This document shows, one piece after another, positions 1 to 12,624 of a stretch of DNA of 64,000 nucleotides. The notes beneath the pieces were generated by a model. That model was not told the DNA's origin, did no database searches, and worked only from the letters and a program-made list of their open reading frames with translations. Source of the stretch: Planctomycetota bacterium (GTDB lineage Bacteria > Planctomycetota > PLA2 > JAEUHO01); NCBI GenBank assembly GCA_965223505.1, contig CBDCWP010000039.1, positions 288,001 through 352,000 on the forward strand, in the 5' to 3' direction. Position 1 is the stretch's first letter; every line of letters begins with the position of its first letter. A program made the translations under genes and the position numbers.

Positions 1-1
1 C

Positions 2-796
2 CTTTCGCTCGGCGAAGACCTGGAGAAGCTCGAGTTCCAGGCGCTGCTCTCCGGCCCGCTCGACGCGAACGGCGCGTATCTGCAGGTCAACGCCGGCGCC
101 GGCGGGACCGAGTCCTGCGACTGGGCCGACATGCTGCGGCGCATGTACATCCGCTGGGCCGAGCGCATGGACTTCGAGATCGGCGAGATCGAGCGGCAGA
201 CGAACGACGAGGCGGGCATCCGCTCCGCGACGCTCGAGATCAAGGGGCCGTACGCCTTCGGGTACCTCAAGTCGGAGACCGGGGTGCACCGGCTCGTGCG
301 CATCAGCCCGTTCGACGCGCAGAACCGCCGGCAGACGACCTTCGCTTCGGTCGACATCACGCCGCTGGTCGAGGACGAAGGCGAGCTCGAGATCAACGAC
401 GCCGACATCGAGATCGAGACGTTCAAGGCCGGCGGCGCGGGTGGGCAGCACGTGAACAAGACCGAGTCGGCCGTTCGCATCCGGCACCTGCCGACCGGCG
501 TCGTCGTCTCGTGTCAGAACGAGCGGAGCCAACATCGCAACCGCAAGGTCGCCCTGAAGATGCTCAAGGCCAAGCTGCTGCGGCTCGAGGACGAGAAGCG
601 CCAGGCGGACCAGGCCGGTCGCTACGACGAGAAGGGCGACATCGCCTGGGGCAATCAGATCCGCAGCTACGTGATGCATCCGTACCAGCTCGTCAAGGAC
701 CATCGGACGAGCCACGAGACCGGCAACGTCTCGGCGGTCATGGACGGGGATCTGCTGCCGTTCATGGAGGCCATGCTGCGAGAGGCGATGGCGTAG
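2..796 (+). CDS. prfB: Peptide chain release factor 2 (5'-truncated by window edge)
   Basis: Frame open from nt 2; [23 protein letters not shown] (SPF = RF2 tripeptide), GAGGQHVN (GGQ), WGNQIRSY. Confidence 0.97.
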   Translation, partial: LSLGEDLEKLEFQALLSGPLDANGAYLQVNAGAGGTESCDWADMLRRMYIRWAERMDFEIGEIERQTNDEAGIRSATLEIKGPYAFGYLKSETGVHRLVRISPFDAQNRRQTTFASVDITPLVEDEGELEINDADIEIETFKAGGAGGQHVNKTESAVRIRHLPTGVVVSCQNERSQHRNRKVALKMLKAKLLRLEDEKRQADQAGRYDEKGDIAWGNQIRSYVMHPYQLVKDHRTSHETGNVSAVMDGDLLPFMEAMLREAMA

Positions 797-831
797 CAGG
801 GAAGCGACACCGATGGACGCACGTAGGCGTT

Positions 832-1104
832 GGGCAGCCACGAGGGCTGCCCCTACGGGTTGTTCGACCGGCGCGGCGGGGACATCGGGTTCGGGAATCG
901 GGATCGGGTTCGGGGTCGGGATCGGGTTCGGGAATCGGGATCGGGTTCGGGGTCGGGATCGGGATTGGGATCGGGATGGATGTAGGGGCGACCCTTGTGG
1001 TCGCCCAACCGGGCAGCCACGAGGGCTGTCCCTACGGGTTGTTCGACCGGCGCGGCGGGGACATCGGGTGCATGTTCGGGAACGGACTCGGAATCGGGTT
1101 CGGG
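832..1104. repeat. Cluster of GTAG-type REP palindromes (832-856, 982-1006, 1011-1035) plus (TCGGGN)n hexamer array (~887-977); 59-bp direct repeat 832-890/1011-1069
   Basis: GTAGGGGCGACCCTTGTGGTCGCCC and inverse copies GGGCAGCCACGAGGGCTG(C/T)CCCTAC read directly. Confidence 0.9.
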
Positions 1105-1134
1105 TACGACGGCGAACACGCTAAGAACGGGGGC

Positions 1135-2731
1135 ATGCCCGACCTCGTCTCCGTCAAACGCGCTCTTCTCTCCGTCTACGACAAGACCGGGCTCGTCGAG
1201 CTCGGCCAGGCGCTCGCCGGCCGTGGCGTCGAGCTGCTGTCCACCGGCGGCACCGCGCGCGCGTTGCGCGATGCCGGTCTCGACGTCAAAGACGTCTCCG
1301 AAGAGACCGGCTTCCCCGAGATGATGGACGGCCGCGTCAAGACGCTGCATCCGCGCATTCACGGCGCGCTGCTGGGCCTGCGCGACAACGCCGAACACAG
1401 CAGCGCCATGGACGAACACGGCATCCGTCCGATCGATCTCGTCGTCTGCAACCTCTACCCGTTCGAGGCCACCGTTCAGCAAGAAGGCGTTTCCTTCGAA
1501 GACGTCATCGAGCAGATCGACATCGGCGGTCCGTCGATGGTGCGCAGCGCGTCGAAGAACCACCGCAGCGTCGCCATCGTCACCGACCCGGTGCAGTACG
1601 GAGCGCTCTTGAGCGAGCTGGAGGAGCACGACGGCCGAACGAGCGCCGCGCTGCGCACCCGGCTCGCGCGCGCGGCCTTCGCGCGCACCGCCGCGTACGA
1701 CAGCGCGATCGCTCGCTGGCTCGCGCAACAGGCGGGCGAGTCGTTCCCCGCGACGTTCAGCGTCGCGCAGCGTGTCGCCGAGCTTCGCTACGGCGAGAAC
1801 CCGCATCAACAGGCGGCGCTCTACGTCGATCCGATGGCCCCGAGGGGCAGCCTCGCCGCGGCGAAGCTGCTCGGCGGCAAGGCGATCTCGTTCAACAACT
1901 ACGGCGACGTCGAATCGGCCTGGGCGCTCGTGCGCGAGTTCGACGACCCCACCTGCGTGGTCATCAAGCACGCGAATCCGTGCGGCGCGGCGACGGCCGC
2001 GACGCCGCTGGACGCGTACGAGCGCGCGGTCGCCTGCGATCCGCGCAGCGCGTTCGGCGGCATCGTCGCGCTCAACCGTCCGCTGACCGTCGACGTCGCG
2101 AAGGCGATGGCGGTCAAGGAGCGCTTTCTCGAGGTCGTCATCGCACCGGGTGTCGACGACGACGCGCTCGCGGCGTTCACCGCCGAAGGCGCCCCGAAGT
2201 GGGGGAAGAGCCTCCGCGTGCTCGATGCGGGTACGGCGACGACCGCGCCCTACGGCATGGACGTTCGCAGCATCGACGGCGGCTTCCTCGTGCAGACCCG
2301 GGACGCGATCCCCTTCGGCGACGGCTGTCCCAAGGTAGTGACCGAGCGTCCGAACCCACCGAACAGGAGATGGCCGCATGCGCTTCGCCTATCTCGTCTG
2401 CAAGCACACGCGCTCCAACGCCATCGTCTTCGCCAAGAACGGGCAAGCGGTCGGCGTCGGCGCGGGACAGATGAGCCGTGTCGAAGCAACGGAGATCGCG
2501 GCGACGCGCGCGCGGCGCTTCGCCGAGGAGACGGGAACGGATCTCGCCGGCATGGTTGCGGCAAGCGACGCGTTTTATCCGTTCAACGACGGGATCGAAG
2601 CGGCGTTGGAGGCGGGCGCGACGGCGCTCGTTCAGCCCGGCGGATCGCGCAACGACGACAACGCGATCGCGCTCTGCAACGAGCGCGGCGTCGCCATGTG
2701 GTTCGCCGGAAACAGGCACTTCCGGCACTAG
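1135..2731 (+). CDS. purH: Bifunctional AICAR transformylase/IMP cyclohydrolase; frameshifted at ~2350-2378 (probably sequencing error)
   Basis: KRALLSVYDKTG, GRVKTLHP, IDIGGPSMVR, LRYGENPHQ, VIKHANPCG in one frame; KHTRSNAIV, GAGQMSR, ASDAFYPF, QPGGS, RHFRH in another. Confidence 0.93.
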
Positions 2732-2925
2732 CGCACATTGGAACTTGGGGCCGCGTAGGCCTGTGCTACCGTTGAGCCCGACGGCCCGCGCTGATCGGGC
2801 CCGGACCACCCTTGGGCAGGCACGAGCAGGTTCTCCGGGCCTCACCACCGCTCGCCGTTCACCGTCCTTGCGCTCCCTCGTTTGGAGCCGGACGGCTGTC
2901 GAACACTCGACGCGAGACGGACATC

Positions 2926-4263
2926 TTGGAACCGACCGACAAACGCCTGGCAGAGTGCCAGCGGATCATCGGCTACCACTTCGCATCCACCGATCTGCTG
3001 CGCGTGGCGCTCACGCACTCGTCGTTGCGCTCGCCGGATCGGGAGTGCAACGAACGCCTCGAGTTCCTCGGCGACTCGGTGCTCGGCTTGGTGATCACCG
3101 AAGAGCTCTATCGATACCTGCCGGACAGCTCCGAAGGCGAGCTGACGCGCATCAAGTCGGCCGTCGTCTCGCGCGGCGCGCTCTTCCGTACGTCCAAGCG
3201 TCTCGGACTCCCGCAATTCGCCGAGTACGCGCGTGGCGTCGGTCGCCGCGACGAGCTGCCGACGTCGGTCGTCGCGAACCTCGTCGAGAGCGTGATCGGC
3301 GCGATCTACCTCGACGCCGGCTACTACCCCGCGCGCGAGTTCGTGCTGCGCCACATCGGCGCCGAGATCGAAGACGTGCTGCACGACCGCGGCGCGAAGA
3401 ACTACAAGAGCCTGCTGCAGCACGAGGTGCAGCAGGGCATCGGCGTCACGCCGCACTACCGCACCATCGAGGAAGAGGGGCCCGACCACTGCAAGGAGTT
3501 CACGGTCGCGGCCGTGATCCAGGGCCGCGAGTGGGGGCGCGCCGCGGGCGCGAACAAGAAGGCCGCCGAGCAAGACGCCGCCAAGAGCGCGCTGGAGAAG
3601 TGGGAACGCCGCGGGCGCGGGCGCCGCCGACGGCGCCGCAAGAAAGCCGCCGCGAACGCGTCGGAGGCCGACGCGCAGGAAACGGCGGTCCAGTCCGAAG
3701 GCCCCCTCGATCGGGCAACCGAGACGCCCGCGGGCGAACCCGCCGCGTCGGACGACGCGTCCGTCGGGCGGAAGCCGAAACGTCGCAAGCGCTCGCGCGC
3801 GCGCACGAAGTCGAACGCGAAGCCGAACGGAAAGCCGAGCGCGAAGCGGAACGCGAAGTCGAGTGCGAAGTCGATCGCGCCCGAGCCCGAGGCGGCCGCC
3901 GACGTCCCGGCGCCCGAGCTCGACTCGGCCGCGCCGGCGCCGGACGAGAAGCCGCGTTCGCCGAAGAAGCGGGCCGCGCGCAAGAAGCAACCGACGAGGG
4001 TCGAGAAGCCCGCCGCCGAGGCCGCGTCCGACACGCCGGCGGCCGCGGCCGAAGTCGAGGCGCGCGCGAAGGCGCCGCCGCCGCCGCCCGCTTCGGACGG
4101 GTTCGCGGCCGGGATCGACGTTCCGAAGCGCAAGCCCGCGCCGAAGGCCAAGCCGCGCAAGGTGAAGCCGTCTCGGAAAGTCCCGGCAAAGGCCAAAGCC
4201 CCCTCTAGCCGGCCCCCGCGTTCCGACGATGATGGGGACGACTTCGGCGCCGGTCTCGAGTAA
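2926..4263 (+). CDS. rnc: Ribonuclease III with long low-complexity C-terminal extension (TTG start inferred)
   Basis: ALTHSS, NERLEFLGDSVLG signature, ESVIGAIYLD, dsRBD NYKSLLQ...GPDH...KKAAEQ. Confidence 0.95.
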   Translation: MEPTDKRLAECQRIIGYHFASTDLLRVALTHSSLRSPDRECNERLEFLGDSVLGLVITEELYRYLPDSSEGELTRIKSAVVSRGALFRTSKRLGLPQFAEYARGVGRRDELPTSVVANLVESVIGAIYLDAGYYPAREFVLRHIGAEIEDVLHDRGAKNYKSLLQHEVQQGIGVTPHYRTIEEEGPDHCKEFTVAAVIQGREWGRAAGANKKAAEQDAAKSALEKWERRGRGRRRRRRKKAAANASEADAQETAVQSEGPLDRATETPAGEPAASDDASVGRKPKRRKRSRARTKSNAKPNGKPSAKRNAKSSAKSIAPEPEAAADVPAPELDSAAPAPDEKPRSPKKRAARKKQPTRVEKPAAEAASDTPAAAAEVEARAKAPPPPPASDGFAAGIDVPKRKPAPKAKPRKVKPSRKVPAKAKAPSSRPPRSDDDGDDFGAGLE

Positions 4264-4314
4264 CGAACGGCAAGGAAGCCGCTGTTCGCCGGCGTCCTGG
4301 GGCGCGACTCCCAC

Positions 4315-7596
<3,282 letters not shown>

Positions 7597-7697
7597 GCGG
7601 GAACGGGCCGGAACGCACCGAGTGTCGTTGGTCACATCCGGGTCACCCCTTCGTACGGTCTTTCGTGGTTCCGCACCCCGCCCCGTATCCTGCCTGG

Positions 7698-8891
7698 ATG
7701 CGCGTCTCCCTGACCGTGCTGCTCGTCTCGGCCGTGCTCTGCACCGCCTGCTCCTCGGATCCCGAGACGGGACCCTCGCCCATTCCGCCGCAGGTCGCCT
7801 TGCGCGGTGGCGGCGAACCCAGCGAGCTCGACGACGACCCGCGCGCCGCTGGCGCCGACGGCGAGAGCCTCGACGAGCTGCTCGCCTGGGTCGAGGGCCG
7901 GCCGCTCACCAAGACGACCCTGCTGCGACGCCTGCAGCTGCCGGAAGAGGACGACGGCGACCCGGAACGCCAGCGCGACATCCAGCGCGGCACCCTCATC
8001 TGGGCCAAGGAGCAGATCTTCTTCAAGGCCGCGGAGCGCGCGGGCCTGACGCTGCGGGAAGGCATGCTCGAAGACCACGTGCGTAGCCGCATGGAGGAAC
8101 GACTCGCCGCCGCGTCCGAGGAAGCCGAGCGCGAGGTGACGCAAGAGGAGTACCTGGAGAAGCAGGGCATCACGTGGGCCGAGTTCTCCGAGAAGGAGCG
8201 CGGCCTGCTCATGCAGGGCATCTACCTGGAGAAGCTCCTGCGCGGCATCGGGCCGTTCCGACCCCAGATCGATCTCTACGTCTCACCCGCGGAGGTGCGG
8301 CGCGTCTACGCCGACCACCCCGACGCGTTCGACGAGACCGCGGGGGTGAAGTTCGCGCTGTTCCAGGTGCCGTTCGAGTTCTTCGAGCAGAAGGGCTTCG
8401 AGGGTCTCGACGTGGACGACAAGGCCATCGAGCGCGCCGAGGAGGTGAAGCGCAACATCGAGATGGGCATGACCCCTGAGGCCGTGGCGAAACGGCACGG
8501 CATGGGCAAGCCGGGACGGCTCTGGCAGGTCACGCCCGACTTCGCCGACGACTATCCGGATCCGCAGATGAAGGCGTGGCTGCTCGATCCGGAGCGCAAG
8601 CCGGGCGACGCCAAGGTCGTACCGACGCCGACCGGCCCGTGGATCTTCGGCGTCGTCGAGACGCGGCCCGCGCGCCACCTGCCGTTCGAGGAGGTGCAGG
8701 ACGACATCCGCAAGCACATCCGCCTCGGCAAGTCCGTGCGTCTGGAAGCGCTGACCATGGTCGAGCTGCTCACCAAGGGCGGCAGCACCGTCTGGCCCGA
8801 GGAGCTGGCCGACGCGCTGCTGGCCGACGCGCGCAACACGCTCAAGGAGATCTCGAAGGACGACGTCTGGCGGACGGCGCGGCTGCGGTGA
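7698..8891 (+). CDS. Lipoprotein, probable SurA/PrsA-like periplasmic chaperone
   Basis: Signal peptide with lipobox CTAC; LAWVEGRPLT, VSPAEVRRVY..H...F, LPFEEVQDDIR resemble SurA-like proteins; the position after mfd is typical. Confidence 0.6.
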   Translation: MRVSLTVLLVSAVLCTACSSDPETGPSPIPPQVALRGGGEPSELDDDPRAAGADGESLDELLAWVEGRPLTKTTLLRRLQLPEEDDGDPERQRDIQRGTLIWAKEQIFFKAAERAGLTLREGMLEDHVRSRMEERLAAASEEAEREVTQEEYLEKQGITWAEFSEKERGLLMQGIYLEKLLRGIGPFRPQIDLYVSPAEVRRVYADHPDAFDETAGVKFALFQVPFEFFEQKGFEGLDVDDKAIERAEEVKRNIEMGMTPEAVAKRHGMGKPGRLWQVTPDFADDYPDPQMKAWLLDPERKPGDAKVVPTPTGPWIFGVVETRPARHLPFEEVQDDIRKHIRLGKSVRLEALTMVELLTKGGSTVWPEELADALLADARNTLKEISKDDVWRTARLR

Positions 8892-9925
8892 AGCGAACGT
8901 CGCCGGCCGCGCTCGGGATCGCCGTCGTGCTCGCGTTGCTCACGGCCGGGGCCGCCGTGCGGGCGCTCGTCGTCGAGATGCCTCCGCGTCTTCCCACCGG
9001 GGTGTACGGCCCGGAGCACGGGCCCGAAGCCCGCACGCTGGTGTTGCGTCTCACCGAGGGGCTGATCGAACGCCAGGTCGACGACGGCGGATTCGAGCTG
9101 CCCGAACGCGACGGGCATCTGACCGACATGGAGCGGCTGAGCACGTCCGCCGTCGTGATCGCCGCGCTCGCTCAGGTGCATGCGCTCGGGGACTGGGCGC
9201 GCTCGCCGCGGCTGGAGGCCGCGCTTCACCGCGGCCTGGCGTATCTCGTGAGCGAGCAGATCGAGACCGGACCCATCGGGCAGCTGCCGCTCGGCGGCGG
9301 AGGCCAGTGGCATCAGGTGGACGCGACCTCGGCCGCCACGCTGGCGTTCGTCCTCGCCGACCGGCCCGAGGACCAGCCGGCGCTCGCCAAGTGCGGCGAG
9401 GCGATGGCGCGCTTCGCCCGGGGCGGCCTGCGCAACGGGTGGACCCGCTCGCTCGCGGCCATGACCGTCGACCGCGTGTTCGCGCTCGGACAGGATTCGA
9501 TCTACCGTCCCAAGGACGGCCGGCTCGTCCGCGGCCGCGATCCGGGCGAACGGCGCGACACGTCGGACTGGCGCGTGGCCGAAGCCATCGTGCGCCTGGT
9601 GCTGCTGGCCGGCCGCGACGTGTCCGCGGTGGATCCCTATCCGGGTGAGATCATCGCGGCCTGCCTGGCGTCCCCGTGCCGGTGGAACGGCCAGAGCTCG
9701 GACCTGCAGTCCTGGTGGATGCGGGCCTGGCTGGTCGCACGGGCGCGCGACAGCGGCGAGTGGTTTCCCGACCTCCTGAAGGCGATCCGAGACGAGGCGC
9801 TCCTGCAGGGGGACCGGGTGCTCAACCGGGTCCCCGGCGGCGACTACGCCGACTCGCTCCTGCAGACGTCCTGCGCCGTGATGGCCCTGGTGGAGGGGCT
9901 CGGGGCTCAACCCGCTGTCAAATAG
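8888..9925 (+). CDS. Membrane-anchored hypothetical protein, likely alpha/alpha-barrel (prenyltransferase/squalene-oxidase-like)
   Basis: GTG overlaps the upstream TGA; N-terminal TM segment; RGLAYLVSEQ..G and TSCAVMAL repeat-like motifs. Confidence 0.55.
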   Translation: MKRTSPAALGIAVVLALLTAGAAVRALVVEMPPRLPTGVYGPEHGPEARTLVLRLTEGLIERQVDDGGFELPERDGHLTDMERLSTSAVVIAALAQVHALGDWARSPRLEAALHRGLAYLVSEQIETGPIGQLPLGGGGQWHQVDATSAATLAFVLADRPEDQPALAKCGEAMARFARGGLRNGWTRSLAAMTVDRVFALGQDSIYRPKDGRLVRGRDPGERRDTSDWRVAEAIVRLVLLAGRDVSAVDPYPGEIIAACLASPCRWNGQSSDLQSWWMRAWLVARARDSGEWFPDLLKAIRDEALLQGDRVLNRVPGGDYADSLLQTSCAVMALVEGLGAQPAVK

Positions 9926-9994
9926 GCACTTAGATTCCCAATTCGGGTCCGAAACGCCGTTCGGATTGACGTGAACCCGAACTCCGCCGCCCCG

Positions 9995-10023
9995 TTGGAT
10001 CTGTTGTAGGCACGGCCTACAAT
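9995..10023 (+). promoter_or_regulatory. sigma70-type promoter TTGGAT-N17-TACAAT overlapped by palindrome TTGTAGGC-N3-GCCTACAA (10004-10022)
   Basis: Read directly; 17-bp spacer; ~90 nt upstream of ATG 10113. Confidence 0.55.
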
Positions 10024-10112
10024 GCGGCCCTGCCGCTTGGAATTCAGCCGCCACGCGCCTGTGGGAAGCCACTTCCCGGGGCGCACTGAGAAGAGACGGG
10101 AGCCAGACCGCA

Positions 10113-11705
10113 ATGGCACGCTATCAGCGACACGAGCACGAGTACGCCTTCACCCAGCAGGGCGACTTCAACGATCAGCTCTACATGGCTCTGCGCAAGA
10201 GCCCCTGGTGGATGATCTCGATCGCCGTCCACGTCTTCATCTTCGTCATCGCCAGCCTCATCAGCACGGCGAAGCCGCTCGAGAAGAAGCCCCCGGCCTT
10301 CAAGGCCGTGGTCTCCGACGAGGAGATCCCGGAAGACCTCGAGGAGACGCCGGAAGACACCGAAGAAGTGCACGAGAAGGAAGTGGTCACCGAAGAGCCG
10401 GTGATCAAGGACGAAGAGATCGACGATCACGTCGAGACGGACAACGACCTTCCGTTCCAGGAGAGCCTGGGCGAGCAGGGTCTGTCGGATGCGCCGTTCG
10501 AAGGACCTGCGAACAACGGCACGATCGGTATCGGCGGCGGTGCCGGTGGTGCGTTCGGCGGTCGCGGCGGTAGCGCGGACAAGACGCCCGGCGGCGGCGG
10601 CAAGAAGCGTCAGGACGCGGTGATGGACGCGCTCAAGTGGCTCAAGGCGCACCAGTCCAGCAACGGCGGTTGGGAAGCGGCCGGTTTCAACAACTGGTGT
10701 GACGGCAAGCCCACGACGCAGACGAAGCCCGACGGTCTCGGCAAGGCCATGTACGACCCGGGTGTCACCGGCCTCGCGCTGTGTGCGTTCCTGGGCGCCG
10801 GGTACACGAACCGCGGCAAGCACCCCTTCAAGAACACCGTTTCGAAGGGCCTGCGCTACCTGAAGAACATCCAGGACCCGGAGGGCTGCTTCGGCGCCCG
10901 CAGCGGTCCGAACTACATCTACAACCACGCGACGGCGTCGCTGGCGATGGTGGAAGCGTACGGCATGACAGAGAGCCCGATCTTCAAGGGCTCGGCGCAG
11001 CGTTGTCTGCAGTTCATCGGCTTGTCGCGCAACCCGTACTTCGCGTGGCGCTACGGCGTGAAGCCCGGCGACAACGACAGCTCGGTGACGGGCTGGATGA
11101 TGATGGCGATCAAGAGCGCGAAGATCATCAACGCGGACGCGCTGCGCCGCGGCAAGCAGGCGCCGCTGGCGGTCGACGACAACGCGTTCGACGGCATCCG
11201 CGCCTGGCTCGACAAGATGACGGACCCGGACTACGGCCGTGTCGGCTACATCCAGCGTGGTAGCGGCCCGGCCCGACCGAAGGAGCTGGTGGACCGTTTC
11301 CCGGCCGAGAAGTCCGAGTCGATGACGGCCGTGGGTGTGCTGGCGCGCATCTTCATGGGCGACGACCCGCGCAAGGACAAGGTCATCCAGCAGGGTGCCG
11401 ACCTCCTGGCGAAGCTGCCTCCGACCTGGAACCCGAGCGACGGTTCGATCGACATGTACTACTGGTACTACGGCGCGCTCGGCATCCACCAGGTGGGCGG
11501 CAAGCACTGGAAGATCTGGAAGGAAGCGATGGACAAGGCCATCGTCGAGACGCAGCGCAAGGACACGACCTACTGCGTCTACAAGGGCTCGTGGGACCCG
11601 ATCGGTCCGTGGGGTCCGGACGGCGGCCGTGTGTACTCGACGGCCGTGCTCGCCATGTGCCTCGAGGTCTACTACCGCTACGACCGCGTGTTCGGCGCCA
11701 AGTAG
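10113..11705 (+). CDS. Prenyltransferase/squalene oxidase repeat-containing protein (TM anchor, acidic linker)
   Basis: PWWMISIAVH anchor; ALKWLKAHQSSNGGW, GVTGLALCAFLGAG, GLRYLKNIQ, YNHA, DSSVTGW, YYWYYG, GGRVYSTA..LEVYYRY. Confidence 0.85.
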   Translation: MARYQRHEHEYAFTQQGDFNDQLYMALRKSPWWMISIAVHVFIFVIASLISTAKPLEKKPPAFKAVVSDEEIPEDLEETPEDTEEVHEKEVVTEEPVIKDEEIDDHVETDNDLPFQESLGEQGLSDAPFEGPANNGTIGIGGGAGGAFGGRGGSADKTPGGGGKKRQDAVMDALKWLKAHQSSNGGWEAAGFNNWCDGKPTTQTKPDGLGKAMYDPGVTGLALCAFLGAGYTNRGKHPFKNTVSKGLRYLKNIQDPEGCFGARSGPNYIYNHATASLAMVEAYGMTESPIFKGSAQRCLQFIGLSRNPYFAWRYGVKPGDNDSSVTGWMMMAIKSAKIINADALRRGKQAPLAVDDNAFDGIRAWLDKMTDPDYGRVGYIQRGSGPARPKELVDRFPAEKSESMTAVGVLARIFMGDDPRKDKVIQQGADLLAKLPPTWNPSDGSIDMYYWYYGALGIHQVGGKHWKIWKEAMDKAIVETQRKDTTYCVYKGSWDPIGPWGPDGGRVYSTAVLAMCLEVYYRYDRVFGAK

Positions 11706-11740
11706 ACGGGCATAGCCCGGCAACTTGCCAAACGACTTTC

Positions 11741-11768
11741 GAAGCGGGCGCCGATCGGCGCCCGCTTC
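11741..11768. terminator. Perfect 28-bp palindrome, candidate bidirectional terminator between convergent genes
   Basis: GAAGCGGGCGCCGATCGGCGCCCGCTTC is its own reverse complement; no long U-tract. Confidence 0.55.
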
Positions 11769-11877
11769 TGCAATTGGGATCCGCCGCGGCTGGCACACGA
11801 ACATCCAGAGCATCCCGAGACAGATGATCGGGATCACGAGCGCGGGCAAGACCGCGTCGGTGGCGGGAGTTCGTGTT

Positions 11878-12243
11878 TCAGCGGAAGCGCTGGATGAGTC
11901 GTTCGAGCATTTGGCAGACGCGGGCGGCGAGGTGGAGTGCCGACAGTACGGCGTCGGGGGACGCGAGGCGTCGGATCTCGATGAGTTCGAGGGCGGCGGC
12001 GCATTCGGTGCACTCGGCTTGGGCGATGCCGTAGCGATGGGCTTTTTCGCGGGGACTGTGTTTTGCGGCGCCTTCGCCGATGTTGAGCAGGGTGGACTCG
12101 GAGGCGCGGCGCAGCTGGTCGGCGAGCTTGGCGCGCCCCCGTGGCATGTGGTCGGCGATATCGCCTGCTTCGATGGCGAAGCGTTGGGCGATGCGGTGAA
12201 CATCGAGTCGATGGAAGGCGAAGGTGGGGCGGTTATCGGTCAT
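11878..12243 (-). CDS. Four-helix-bundle protein (23S rRNA IVP / TIGR02436-like)
   Basis: F.RLDV, LADQLRRASES..LNIGEG, IAQAECTEC. Confidence 0.85.
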   Translation of the reverse strand: MTDNRPTFAFHRLDVHRIAQRFAIEAGDIADHMPRGRAKLADQLRRASESTLLNIGEGAAKHSPREKAHRYGIAQAECTECAAALELIEIRRLASPDAVLSALHLAARVCQMLERLIQRFR

Positions 12244-12400
12244 GTGGCTGTCTCCGGTTGATCGTTCCTGCGCGACGGAGGTGCCGCGCGTAGCCTGTTG
12301 GCGGTGCCTCCGTCGCGCGGGGCGACGGATGGAAGTCGCTTTCGGGCCGTGGCCCCGGCCGCGCCCTTGCCCCCGATACCGACGCCGATACAGGCTTTGA

Positions 12401-12528
12401 GCCCGACCCGGACCCCGTCCCGAATCCGAACCCGATACCGACCCCGAACCCGTTCCCGCCCCTGATTCCGACCCCGAACCCGACCCCGATACCGCCTCCG
12501 ACCCCGATACCGACCCCGAACCCGATTC
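12401..12528. repeat. (NCCCGA)n hexamer array
   Basis: cccgac/cccgaa/cccgat tandem units read directly. Confidence 0.9.
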
Positions 12529-12624
12529 CGCTGATCGACCAGCGGCCCCCGGTCAGGGCCCCTGAATCCGCTCCTCCCCCCGCACCACGTTGATGGCTCC
12601 CTACGGTTCGGGTACCAAGGCAGC

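Noticed and set aside
1..130. Programmed +1 frameshift of prfB
   Set aside because: The CTT-TGA site would lie upstream of the window and cannot be assessed.
511..2775. 754-aa ORF suggesting an N-terminally extended PurH with GSGSG/GIGIG repeats
   Set aside because: The extension is off-frame prfB plus translated REP/hexamer repeats. PurH starts at 1135, and the ORF's C-terminus is the wrong frame after the frameshift.
11878..12243. Four-helix-bundle gene as Avd of a diversity-generating retroelement
   Set aside because: No reverse transcriptase and no TR/VR pair with A-specific mismatches in the window. The 176-bp repeat is exact and tandem.
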